Of a DNA stretch of 64,000 bases, positions 36,719 through 49,300 are shown one piece after another. Origin of the DNA: Lingula anatina. Taxonomy: Eukaryota > Animalia > Brachiopoda. Position numbers and translations under genes: made by a program. How positions within the stretch are numbered: the first letter of the stretch is position 1; the number at the start of each line of letters is the position of its first letter. The stretch is taken from positions 3,220,587 through 3,284,586 of the forward strand of contig CM120648.1 in assembly GCA_051362555.1 (NCBI GenBank), given 5' to 3'. The notes under the pieces are model-generated. The model did not search any database. It was given only the letters and a program-made list of their open reading frames with translations, and had not been told where the DNA came from.

Positions 36719-39700
36719 ATGGAGGGAATGATTGAAATACTGGTAAGTTAAATGGGAATGGTGGTAGTACCTAACATTAAAACATTCATCAATTTTTGTG
36801 AATAGCGTTGTTAAGGTAGGTTTTTATATTTATGAGCGCCGTCGCGCGACTCGAGAACCGGTGGCTGCACCCCAAAATGGAGTGAATCACTGCCCTGCTG
36901 CAGTTGAATGAAATTTTATCATGATACTAGCGTATTAAAATAACTATGACCAAACATTTTATATACAGAAATAAAAAACCTTAAAGATAGATGCTCTTGA
37001 TTGAGATTTCTATGTTCTGCGCGATTTTTGGCAATATATTTTAAACATATGTACATAGATTCATTAAAATGGATTAGCTTATACATGTAACACGGAAAGG
37101 TATTCGAGTGACAGCCTCTCACGTAAGACATACAGATGTAGGTAGAAGTTGTTTGGTCGACCGAGTTTGATTTGGGGGTAGACTTTACTATTGGATGTAT
37201 CACCAATTGAAGTGTATCTTAAAACATCTTATTTTAAAAAAACATTCCGTTTGATAACAATATCGACGCCGACGATGATGACGATGGCGATGATGATAAT
37301 GATGATGATGATGCAGTACACACCTGTTTCTCTTTGCAGGTACTTTTTATCATATTGATGACGCTCTCTTCAGGTAAGTAGCTTCTTTGACTAATCAATG
37401 TTTAACAAATTGTTAAGTAGGCGAAACTGTGAATCAGAAAAGAAGGGATGTTAGTTTTTTTTTAATATTCTTCATTATTTGAATAGTACATTTAACTTGT
37501 ACCTAAATTCCAGACAACAAGGACAATAAGATTAAATGAAAAATAATTTCAAAATTGATGTTGAAAATCACGTGTATTTACAGAGTTTTGAAAGGATGGA
37601 AATTGAACATTTGACAGAAGTCAAAACAACGGCGTAAAAATTGTATCTCTTCGCCCATACTTAATTATAAAATTGCATAACGTTGTGAAGCCCTTTCTTT
37701 TAAATGCTTTGAGATTTCGAATAACGCAATTTGCCAGACTCGTTCTTTTGAGTGTTAGAATACGGTATTGCGTCCATGAGTGAACGCCAACAACGTCCAC
37801 TAATGATTCTAATGATTTAAATGAGAAATACTCGAACTGGGGAATAACAACGGAGAGTATACAGTTAGCTTTGTCCTGTCACTTGCATTGACATAAACGT
37901 GACTGCGACGTATTTCTCTACACAATGAAGATCAACTAAATTAATCGAGAAAAAACAAATAAATAACTGGGTAGAATGTCACTGATTGATTATTTAATAG
38001 AAATCAAGGTTGAATGCGGTTGGGCTCTCCCATAATCTATTAGTTTCAATACCTACTTGACCGTGTTCGGATACTTTCAATAGAAGTTCGGATCCTAGGA
38101 AACATCACAAATAGATATGTATTGCTACTGCTGATTGTGCAGTGCGACCCCAGATGTCGCCAATACCACCGCTGTCTTCAACAACCGCACCTGGACGTTC
38201 ACCTGTGACGCTGGGTACGCGGAGACACCACACAGACCCTGTTCTGTAATTAACAGGGTCAGTGGGAAGGAAGTGTGGAAAACTGTGGTAAGATGCTTAC
38301 AGACAACGTTCGTTTCTTTCCCTCTCATTTCAAAATGTCTCCCCTTTTCTCTTTTCGGTAAAATGTAATAAACTGCCTAAGGTATGGAAGGTTAGTGTCA
38401 TATGTTTAAAGCATTATAAAGTTACCTCCTCCAAAAAAACATACGAGATTCCCCAGCCCTATTCAATACTGCTTTTGCATGTATACAGTTACACAAGCTC
38501 TGTCTGTGTTTCCAAAGATACTGGATATACCGACCTAAATTATGCTCATAGCTAAAATTTCTCATCAGAAATGGACTTTTAGATCCATTTTGCCCACATA
38601 AATACCTGTTCTCCTAGAGTTAAAAAAATTTCATTTTACCCTACCCTAGTATATAATGGCTATCAATGGCAAAAATTTCTCATGTCGCACTGAAGAAAAG
38701 TACATATGATTCATCTGTGGTCCCGGTGGAGGGTAATGGAGTTACGAACGTGGGAGATTTAACACGTTATATACTAAACGCAACACCATTTCAGCAGGAT
38801 AGATGTGTTGCGAATTTCATTATTATTATTATATACAAAAGTGGACATTGCTGTAAGTCATATCAGGTCTGTCATACCAGTACAGCAACGAAATAAAAGG
38901 ACTAACTTTGGTCTTTCATTTTTGCATTGACTTCTTATGAAAATAAAGGGTCTATAAGAATCAAAAACGTTTCCATGTTATTTTTTAAGGTTGAGGAGGA
39001 AATAAGGCGGTGGCTAGACTGCATCATATAGCCACATGTCTAAGCAATCTTCGGCAAAGTGTGACCATTTTTCATCATTTGGTTATTTATTTGTTTATTT
39101 ATTTATCATTTATGTATTTATTTATGTATTTATTCATTTATTTATTTACTTCAGATCTGATCTCAGGTAGCTGTGACAGCGGTTGGACACACAAGCCCGA
39201 AGTAGGCAAGTGCTACAGGGCATACCATACCTTCCAGAGCTACCAAGGCGCCAAAACCAACTGTGAAAACGTCGGAGGCACACTTGCCATGCCCAAGACT
39301 CAGGAATTACACGAAGCCATGGCGTCCATACTGTATGTTTGTTATTATATAGTTGTAGGACTAGATTAAAGTGAAAAGGCAATCTGGTTGACCCTAATGG
39401 CAAATAGGGATGTGTATACTGTATATATGAATTTTATATTTGTTTCAATCGTGTAGAACAGTTTCATTAGCTATGTTATTATAATAGACTTGTGAAGATT
39501 CTTTTGTCTATAGCTATTTATATTAGTTTGATCTTACCATCCAATATTTCATCTGCTTGCAGTCAGATTTCATCAGGGAATGAGGTTGTGACAGGTATGA
39601 CAACCTGTCACCCCCTCTGGTGTGCTATTTGGTCAGATCCCCCCCCCTCCTTGCCTGCCCCTCCCTTAGGAGTGGTAGGTAGAGGTTGGGTAGCTCAGTC

Positions 39701-42700
39701 CCATCATTCCGATTCAACTTGGCCCCTGGCACTCACACTGGTATAAAACTCCACACTGTTCTCCTGTTCACACTCTCAGTGTGAGTGTCAGGTGTGTGGA
39801 GAGAAATACATCGGAGAGACAGGACGTTCCTTAACTGAAAGAATCGCTGAACATCAAAAATCGATCAAAAAACATGATAAAAAATCTGCCCTCAACCAAC
39901 ACCAGGAACAGACAGGGCATTGTATAACATCAACAACCACAGAAGACATAATAATCTTGGAAAGAGAGCCACGAGATCTACACCGGAAAGTTCTTGAAGC
40001 AATGATCATCCGCTTACATGGGGCCAAGTTGAATCGGAATGATGGGACTGAGCTACTCCTAAGGGAGGGGCAGGCAAGGGGGGAGGGGGGATCTGACCAA
40101 ATAGCACACCAGAGGGGGTGACAGGTTGTCATACCTGTCACAACCTTATTCCCTGATGAAATCTGACTGCAAGCAGATGAAATATTGGATGGTAAGATCA
40201 AACTAATATAAATAGCTATAGACAAAAGAATCTTCACAAGTCTGTTTCAATCGTATTGTGCAGTTACTGTGTACTAATACAAGGGCATAAAAGGATATGC
40301 TACACTTCGGTATAAACTGAAAAGATTTGAATATGAATGTTAGATAAAGCTTCAGCATTGAATGTATTGCATTGCAGTCGATTTATATGAACCTAAGATA
40401 CAAAAAAAAAGTATAGTATAAGCCAAGTCGCGAACTAAAACATAATATACCGCAGAGATAACATATCTTCTTTAGGACCAATAGAGAGTATTGGATTGGC
40501 TTGGAGCGACTAACTGGAAACACAGATACCTGGTTGGACGGCACACCGGTGACGTGGAGCTATATCTGCTCATGTGACACTAAACAGTCGTCCTGCGCCG
40601 CGTATCGAACTTTGGGGACCCACGGCGGTGGAAATCACTACTGGGCAGACACTGCGTGCGGCCTGTATTACGTTTATGTGTGTGAGAAATCAGGTGAGCG
40701 TTTTTTTTCCGGACCTTTGGTGACTTCGGTCCTCCCATCGCAGACCAGTGTAACGAAACTTAAGATCCGTGTAACAAAAAGTCCGCCCTCCATTTAGTTA
40801 TAAAGGTTAGGGTAAGCCTGACCTAAGTGGGTCAAAATTTAGGGCGTGGCTTACCTGTACAAATGAAGCAGACCCTCTATCATGGGGGACTCTCTGTCAC
40901 GTTATACCGGCCCATTTAAGAGCATGCAATGCTTGACACGGTTACACTAGATGAAATACTCAAGTATACCAAAAAGAGGGGATTTCTTTTTAAACTTGTG
41001 AAAGAGAGTAAAAAGATACTTTGCTTCTAAAACGCTCGACACGGCAGATTGCTTAAGTTAACGAAACAGCTGGTTGGATGTACAGTTGGATGAACAGTAG
41101 TGTTATATAATTATATATCTGCTCTTGCGATAAAAAACAGTAAGATATGGGCTAAAATACATTTTCTTTTCTAGATGGCACTAGTGGTGGAGGAGGGGTA
41201 CCTAACCCATGTCCGTCAGGCTGGTCCCACAAAGCGTCTGTCAACAGATGTTACTGGCAATCTGGCCACACGCATGCCAATTACGAGGACGCTAAAGCGG
41301 ACTGCGCGAACACAAACGGCGCCACCATAGCGATGCCGAAGACTGCAGAACAACAGGCTGCAATGGAGACCATATTGTAAGTTTGCCTCTAATCGAAATT
41401 CATCATATGGACAAGGAGGTTTGCAAAACGACCCTTAAGATACGGGCAGTGCGGTCAACTTCACTGTATTCATTCTTTCCAATATAAAACAATGAAAACC
41501 AAAGCGTTTTCCAGACCTCTGACAGACGATCGACTCCAATTTCGATTTTGCAGAACAGCTTATGAAGAATGGTTGCTTTAAACAAAGTCAAGAAGCATAA
41601 CGTGCATTGTTTTCTGGCAGACATATTCGACATATTCGAAATAAATAGTAGGCCTACCACTTGCGTCCCAACCCATCTCGTTCGACAGTGCTGATCACCC
41701 AGTATCGTGTAACAGGAATGCAAGTCCGCTAGGAACCGTAGACCGCTTCCCATTAGGCCTACTTCGTACAGGTGACATTCGTCCCATATACTAACCCCAA
41801 TACTCCAACTAACCCTAACCTGTAATAATCATTTGGGAGCCCGGACTTCCATTCCTAGGAATTGCATTCCTGTGCGGTCACGCCGCGAAGTCACCGTCAA
41901 CGCTCCTCCTCCTAGTAGGCCTACGATGGTAGTTAGGACTATTATTGTACTTTGGGAGGCTCTCTTATATTTCAAAATCACCATTTCTGCCACACAGAAA
42001 ACATAAAAAATTGTAGGACAAATATACTTACCATACGAGTAAAGTATATGAAAGAAAATTTCGGGCTAATCCAGTTCAGGCTAATCCAGTTCGCTTTCCA
42101 GAGGAAGCGTCCCAGAAAACGTCACGGAGTTTGTAAACAAGTCGTACGTGGGTACCTTGCGTCATAAGGTCTAATCGGGCGTTCTTCGCTAAACGCAACA
42201 TTTTCTTGACATATTCGTAACGCTGCGATCAAAATAACAACAAAACTTTCATTTAATGATAAACTACATATTTTACTGCATGATATATTTTGATAATTAG
42301 TCGCTGTCGTAAAAAAAGCAATCAAGCTAATATGCTTCTTAAATAGCATTCTTACATAGAAAATAATATATTGGCAATAGGCCTATTGTGTGAACTTGAA
42401 TTTGACTTTTGACCTAAATTTTTCAAAGTCCGTCATCGTCCATTGTATTATTGTTTATGGTCATTTCTGGTTTCCAGGTCAAGTGCTCAGTACTGGATAG
42501 GGCTTGAGCACGTGGGTTCCAACCCCGACCAGTGGGCCGACGGTACCACGCCAACCTACGACAACATTTGCTCTTGTGACGGCCGGGGCAGCTCCAGTTG
42601 TAATGCCTATCGGGTACACAACAGCTACAGCTTCCAGTGGATGGACCGTTCGTGCTCTTATAGTTATCGCTACGTTTGCGAAATAATAAGTAGGTGTTTT

Positions 42701-45700
42701 GTCTCAGATCACGGACTTTGGTTTTGTACTCACGGTGTACCCTAAATTCAAGTTTTGGACCGCATGAACAGCGGTTATCGATATGCACTCTGCCTCTTAG
42801 TTGTCGAAGATAAGGCCATATCACGGCCTATGTAAAAAAATATATGAAGCGTGAAGCCGTTAAATGCCTGATAAATTGTATTTCCTACGATTAACATTTC
42901 GATATTACGATTGTTTTTGATCTTGCGATTGAACTTATAATTCAGTTAGCACAAGTTGCAGCGCCCCCACCTCTCCTGCCAATACCACAGAGGTCGTAGC
43001 GGGCACAAACGTGGGGGACAATATCACCTATACTTGTGAGTCTGGGACAACTCTTACCAGCGGAGACCTCGTGCGAGTGTGTCAGTCCACCGGGGCATGG
43101 GATGGCTCGGCGCCTGTTTGTCAGAGTAAGGGAATGTAACGTCAAAACTGTCAATGCCTTCACGTTTCACATATTGTTTATCATGTACTTTGTATATCAG
43201 TTTTAGCCGTGTTCCTTAATTTCTAATGTAGGCTAAGTATAAGATCTCATCGGGACTTACACTAAATGTAATGTTCTACGTGTTTAATGTTTTAGTCTTG
43301 TTATAAGCTGACGTGCTCCTGCAGTTGGTGACGTCACTCATGACATGTGGATGTCAAGCTACGGTAGTTCTAGTGTTGCCTTCTTATCTGAATCTTACAA
43401 TACATAAGTTGTGAACCCTTCTCACCGGCCGATGTCATATAAATCTTAGGACTTTTGACAAAGTAACAATATTGACCTTTTGTTTACATCAAATTAAGGC
43501 GTCTTCTTCGTAGCCGCTGATACCCATATGAATCTGAGCGACACACAATGCTGATACTGATGACCTTATTGTAACATTACAGGCTATATAGTGATCTACT
43601 GTATCTTTACACCACCAAGGTGATGAGCTACTGTACAGCTTAATGTTTCTTGCAGACTCCACTAAAGTCACGTCAGCCTACGAGAGTTTCAGTGTTGATC
43701 TTTATTTTATTTTATTTTTTTCAGACATAACCTGTAGTACCCCTTCTGCGCCAGCTGATACAACTCAGGTCGTAGCGGGCACAAACTTCGGGGACAATAT
43801 CACCTATACTTGCGCGACCGGGACATCTCTCAGCAGCGGAGATCTCGTCCGAGTGTGTCAGTCTGACGAGACTTGGAGCGGCTCGGCGCCCGTCTGTGAA
43901 GGTAAGGGAATCCAGCGTGACACGTCAAAACCGCTGTTCTATTCACATAGACAAAGTTGGGTCTAGTGAAGAGCAGAACGCATACGGGCCTCTACCTAAG
44001 TTTCCGAGGTACATCTTCCCCCTAAAATAAATTGGAATTAAAACGCAGCAAAGGCAAGAAAGTTTACATCAATGTGCTCTTCATATTATTAAAAAACTTG
44101 GCCTCGTCTACTACTGCATAGCTTAAATGGGTGGCGTTTTGCACTGGATATCCACATTAGAAAAAAGTCAATTTTCTCGGACATCTTTGGTAGCTCCTGT
44201 CTTATTTCCAGTGCCTCCCATTTGTTCCTCTGGTTGGACGTACGTGCCCTCTGTCGGCAGGTGCTACAGAAATTCCGGAAGTGACAGGCAGACCTACGCA
44301 AACGCAAAGACTACGTGTCAGGGGTTAGGCGGGACCATCGCCATGCCGAAGACAGCCGAGCTACAGGCAGGGATGTCAACCGTTCTGTAAGGGAATGTCC
44401 GTTTATTGCATTTTGTGTAACGGCATTTGCGGCAATCCATTCCAACTGCCGTTCAGTAATATCATAATATAAGCAATTAACTGAAAATCATTCACAATGC
44501 AGACAAGATGGCAATTACCATGAGTAAATATATTGTATACATATTTTTATATGTTTTCAGGGAAAATCAGCAATACCACATAGGCTTAGAGCGCATGAAT
44601 GGTGGAGCCAATCAGTGGGTAGACGGTACAGCACTGAGCTACAGTAATATATGTTCTTGCGACAACTGGCAAAGTGGCACGTGCGCTTCTTACCGAACTT
44701 TGGGGACCAGTTATCTGTCCTACGGAGGACCACACATATGGGCAGACAACTCATGCAACAACAATTTACGTTACGTCTGCGAAATATCGGGTATGTCGCT
44801 GATGAGTGCGCTTTCTGATGCCTGTAGTGAACGCCGTTGTGTCAATGAGGTGTCGATCGCTCTCTTCAGATGCCATAAAATTTAGCTACATGTGTAATTT
44901 GTTCTAAATCTACATCTTATCTGCATTTTGATTTGAGGAAAGGCATTTTGACAAAAGAAAGCAATACATTTTCACAAATCCTAGATTTCAGGCATTATAA
45001 AATCAACTGTATTTTATCAATACGAATTGAACTATTAACCTTGATCCTCGACCATTTTTATATTCCAGTTGAACAATGTCCTCTCCCCTCAACGCCGGCC
45101 AACGCCTCTCAGGTTGTCAACGGGCTGCGCATAGGAGACAATATCACCTACACGTGCAACACCGGTTACTCGCTTGAAAGGGGCGACCTCGTACGGATAT
45201 GTCAGGATAACGGGGCATGGAGCGGCTTGGAACCTGTATGTAAATGTGCGTAACGTAGTTCTTGATCATTTTACCAATTCTTTTTATCACAAAGGTAAAT
45301 GTGTGTGAGACCAGTCATACATGTTCTAATTGATTTAATCATTTAATTTAGTTAATTATGTGCCTGCACTGCGTTGGAGACATTAGGTTAATGCGAGTAG
45401 AGGTTTAGCCTCCCCGACCTCTTTTATATCACGTCTATCGTAAAAATTATAAAGCGAAGCAAGGGGGCAAAGGAGAGAGGGCTCGCTTTTGTTACTTTCT
45501 TGATCCATTACCCCCGTCTTAAACCCATGTGTCTTGAAAGTTACATATGCAGCGAGTAAAGACACATCGTATACAAATCTCTACTCCATATCAGCTTCTT
45601 ATACGTTTCAAATCAAGACCGCTTGCCAAACGATTAACCAACTTATTCAATCGGCCAGTCAAAAAAAAAGCTTTAAACTACACATTCTACAAATATTTGG

Positions 45701-46309
45701 TCATAAAGTTGACCAGTTCCTACAGTTCGTAAAAATCCGCCAAATGATATAGTTATATATGGCGCATTACTGCTGTGCATTCAATAGCATAATTATTTCA
45801 ATGAGAGTTCGCGTAAACGACCAAGGGTCATTTATACTGGCATCACAAAAAGTTAGACCAATATATCTGTTCAAACACCATTTATCGGGGAATGTAAAAC
45901 GATATTTTTCGCACGTCTTTTAGTAATGCTATTTGAAACAATAACGTGAAATATGGTCAAGTTTAGTGGCAATGATTTGACATGTCAACTACATGACATA
46001 TAATTTTAATATTAAAGACACATTATGTAACAAGCGATAGTACAGCTGTTTGTATTTCCTTAAACAAATGCAAATTACTACAACCAGTTTCTTACACGAC
46101 CCGAACCAGATTAACATGCCAAAATGCAATTTATCGGTCAGGCGATAAAAAAACTTTAAAGATGCACATTTTTAAAACTTATGGTCGTTTACTTGATCCA
46201 CTCAGTTGGCCCTACAGTTCGTTATAATACGAAAGAAGATGATGAAACTAACCCTTTGGTATTGCTTAAGTTTTTTATTTATTTATTTATTTTTTATTTT
46301 TTATTGTTT

Positions 46310-46358
<49 letters not shown>

Positions 46359-49300
46359 CAGCACGGTGTTGTTTTGTAGGTTTAGTGGAAGTTATTTGAT
46401 TTGACTGATTTTTTTTCTACTGGCATAATACGAATCTTAACTGTCTCGTTTTCAAAATTGTAGACAGTTACAGTATCGAGGTTGCGTGCGAATCTGGGAC
46501 GGTATCCCTACAGTGCCCCCATCCTATCCATATTGTGGACGCTCTATATGGCCGGACCAACACTTTAACGTGTGTACACAGTGCCATGTCCAACACGAAC
46601 TGCAACGCCAGCACGTCCTACAGCGTCGTGGCCGCAGCATGCGAGGGTCAGCAGTCCTGCTCTGTGGTAGCAAATACGGCTACTTTCAGTCAGGATCCTT
46701 GTTCTGGAACCTACAAGTACCTGCAGATACACTATAGATGTCCAGGTAAACGAGTAATTGGAATTATAGTTCCACGGAGGCCCCTGATGTTCTATGTAGC
46801 TGACTTCTACTCTCTCCTGATGGTGACGACTGTGGTGACGCTATTGCTCCTACGTCGTAAGGCCACACTTTTTTAATTTTATGGATGACATCCTGCGCGC
46901 GCACGGATTTTCGCCCGTTCTCCAAAAAAAAAAAAAAAAAAAAGCCCCCCCCCCCCAGCCCCCAACGAAGTCGGTTGTCGCAAACGTTGTTATTGAATTT
47001 GCAAGGAAATGAGCTTTCTGCGCATGCGTATTTTCGCCACGTGGAAATGCGGCCACTTTGCTGTCAAATTCATCTCTAGGATTACTTTCAAATTACACAA
47101 CAATAAAAGTCATAAAGAGAACGGGCGCCATCGTTTTGGATTGGTATGCCATTGATATTGGGCATGGAGATATCACCTTTTTACAATTGTGCGAAAGGCT
47201 GGCGGCGGCCGAAACATTTCTGTGACATTCTGTATAAAGCAGCACATTAATACCAGGTTTTCTGTAGCGAAAAAAGGGTCGACAAGGGCGTCGAGGTATT
47301 TGGTGGGCTGAAGGTCGGACAGGCCACCTGACAGTTAAGCTGCTTCGTGTGAGCTGAAGTTGACAAAATGGCATCGTCTGAAATGACCTTTAATAGATTT
47401 GGTAGTATTGAGCATATCTTTGCATCATTTTTTAAACATTTCTGTGAAGTGTTCAAAATGTTTTAATATTCTGAGAATACAAATAAAGACACACTGTTTG
47501 ATTGATATTTGTTTTATTGATTGCTATACCAAATGAATGCATGAAATAACCTTAAATAGATTTGGTAATATGAAGTATATCAATTCATGACTTTTTTTAC
47601 ATTTCTACGAAGTATTCACAATGCTTTAATATTTTGAGAGCATGGATAAAGACATATTGTTAGTTTGATACGTGTTTCTGTGGTTAAATTTGTGTTTCCA
47701 GCTGTGTACTGACAGCATTCCTTTACTTAAGCAGTTTTTTTTTTTTGGACTTTTTTTTTTCGCCCTCTCGCACCGATTTTGGGGTACCCAGAGGATGTCA
47801 TCCATAAAAATAAAAAAGTGTGGCCTAATGTAGTAGTATAGTGTTCTTCAATCTGCAACAGGAGTGATATTGTTTTTACCGCTGTTAGAATGTTGCAAAA
47901 ATAACACTTTAGTAGGCCTATATACATGTAGAACGATTTGAAATTACTGTCTTTTTCTGCCATTGATACGCATCTGAGGTTGTGAATAGAGCTGTCGCTG
48001 TCATATTTGTCTTTGGTTGTTACTGAATGGCGATTGCTATTAAAGAAGTACTGCTTACTGGGTAGTATTTGCTATGTTTACTGAAACTGCCTGGGATTTT
48101 ACTAAGTGTGTATTGGTGGTTATTACACTGATTGAAATTAACTTGACAATTTATTATGAAATAAATGGTTTCATTTGAACCCCAAGATTGAAAACACAAC
48201 ACGAACAAAGGTTAAATCTGTTAAAATGAAACTTCGTTCCTATAAAGAATTACGTACAGTGCTGCATCCTATAAAGATTATAATGATAGCAATGCTCTTT
48301 TCTGTTTACAGGTGACGCCGAGCCGGTGGCATTTTGGCCGTTGGACGCTAACAGCCTAGGCACCGATTTAAGTGGGAATGGACACCATGGAACAGTGCAT
48401 AATGTCTCCTCGTCGCCCGGACCATACGGACACGCACATGCTTTGACCTTTGCTGAAGCCAGTGATTCCCATGTGGTCATACCCGCGCATGCGCAGCTTT
48501 CAGTCCAGAGTTTCACTTTGATGTTCTTCATATATCTGGAGAACTTGGACCCCAGTTGCATATTTGAGTACGCATCCAATCCAGTCGCGTCTCACATATG
48601 GCTTCACCCTAACGGACAATCCCTAAAGGTAAACCTCATTGACTCAAGCGACCACAATCTGCAGCACTTCAGTCAGGTGAACAATATATTTACAGTGAGA
48701 ACGTGGCACAGAGTGGTCGTCAGCTTCTCGCAGACTACCGGGGAACTGACCGTGGAATCTGAGGTGTTTGACACTCAGGAGTTTACCAATAATACAAAAC
48801 AATTGGGGAACTTTACTCATCACACTAATGGCCTCAATCTGCAAATAGGCAAGCGGCAAGGGTTGGCCACAGAAATGTTCGACGGACGATTATCGTGTGT
48901 TCATCTGTTTGATGATATCATCGATGAAGACTCCAAGAATGCAGCGTGGGAACGATGCCGAGAGAGAGGGAATTTGGGTAAGTGGTCAGTGTACTGCCTT
49001 GACACTGCTAGACCCAATATTTGGTGTTTGGGAATCCAGTTCTATTCTCACGGCATCCTTGCAAACACATAATTTAACTATGTGATGAAGAAAAATTTAA
49101 CTCTGATTTCTCATTACGCTCTTTGAAAACAATTAAATGATGAAATTTCTACCTGTCATCGTATTTATCTTTTATCTATTTGACATTAGCGTGCAATGCC
49201 CCGGATGCCGGCGTAAACGCGGTCTACTCTGGTAACTTGACAATGGGGTCTGTGGTATCGTACACCTGTAACTTTGGTACCTCGTACGCCAGCGGGGACT

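Larger units (their letters stand above)
39453..40242 (+). mobile_element. Penelope-like retroelement fragment: GIY-YIG endonuclease remnant between inverted pLTRs
   Basis: CECQVCGEKYIGETGRSLTERIAEHQKSI...SALNQH....GH...E......R..LE...I......LNRNDG. Inverted repeat 39486-39725 / 40020-40243. TGTTTCAATCGT is duplicated at 39441-39452 and 40243-40254; paralog A has a single related site near 13772. Confidence 0.88.

Noticed and set aside
39492-40237. Two ORFs starting MKILLSIAIYISLILP that look like secreted peptides
   Set aside because: They are antisense readings of the two inverted Penelope pLTRs.
13969-40693. Diversity-generating retroelement explanation for the variable C-type lectin copies
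   Set aside because: Differences are not restricted to adenine positions, the copies include introns (DNA-level duplication), and no DGR reverse transcriptase is present.
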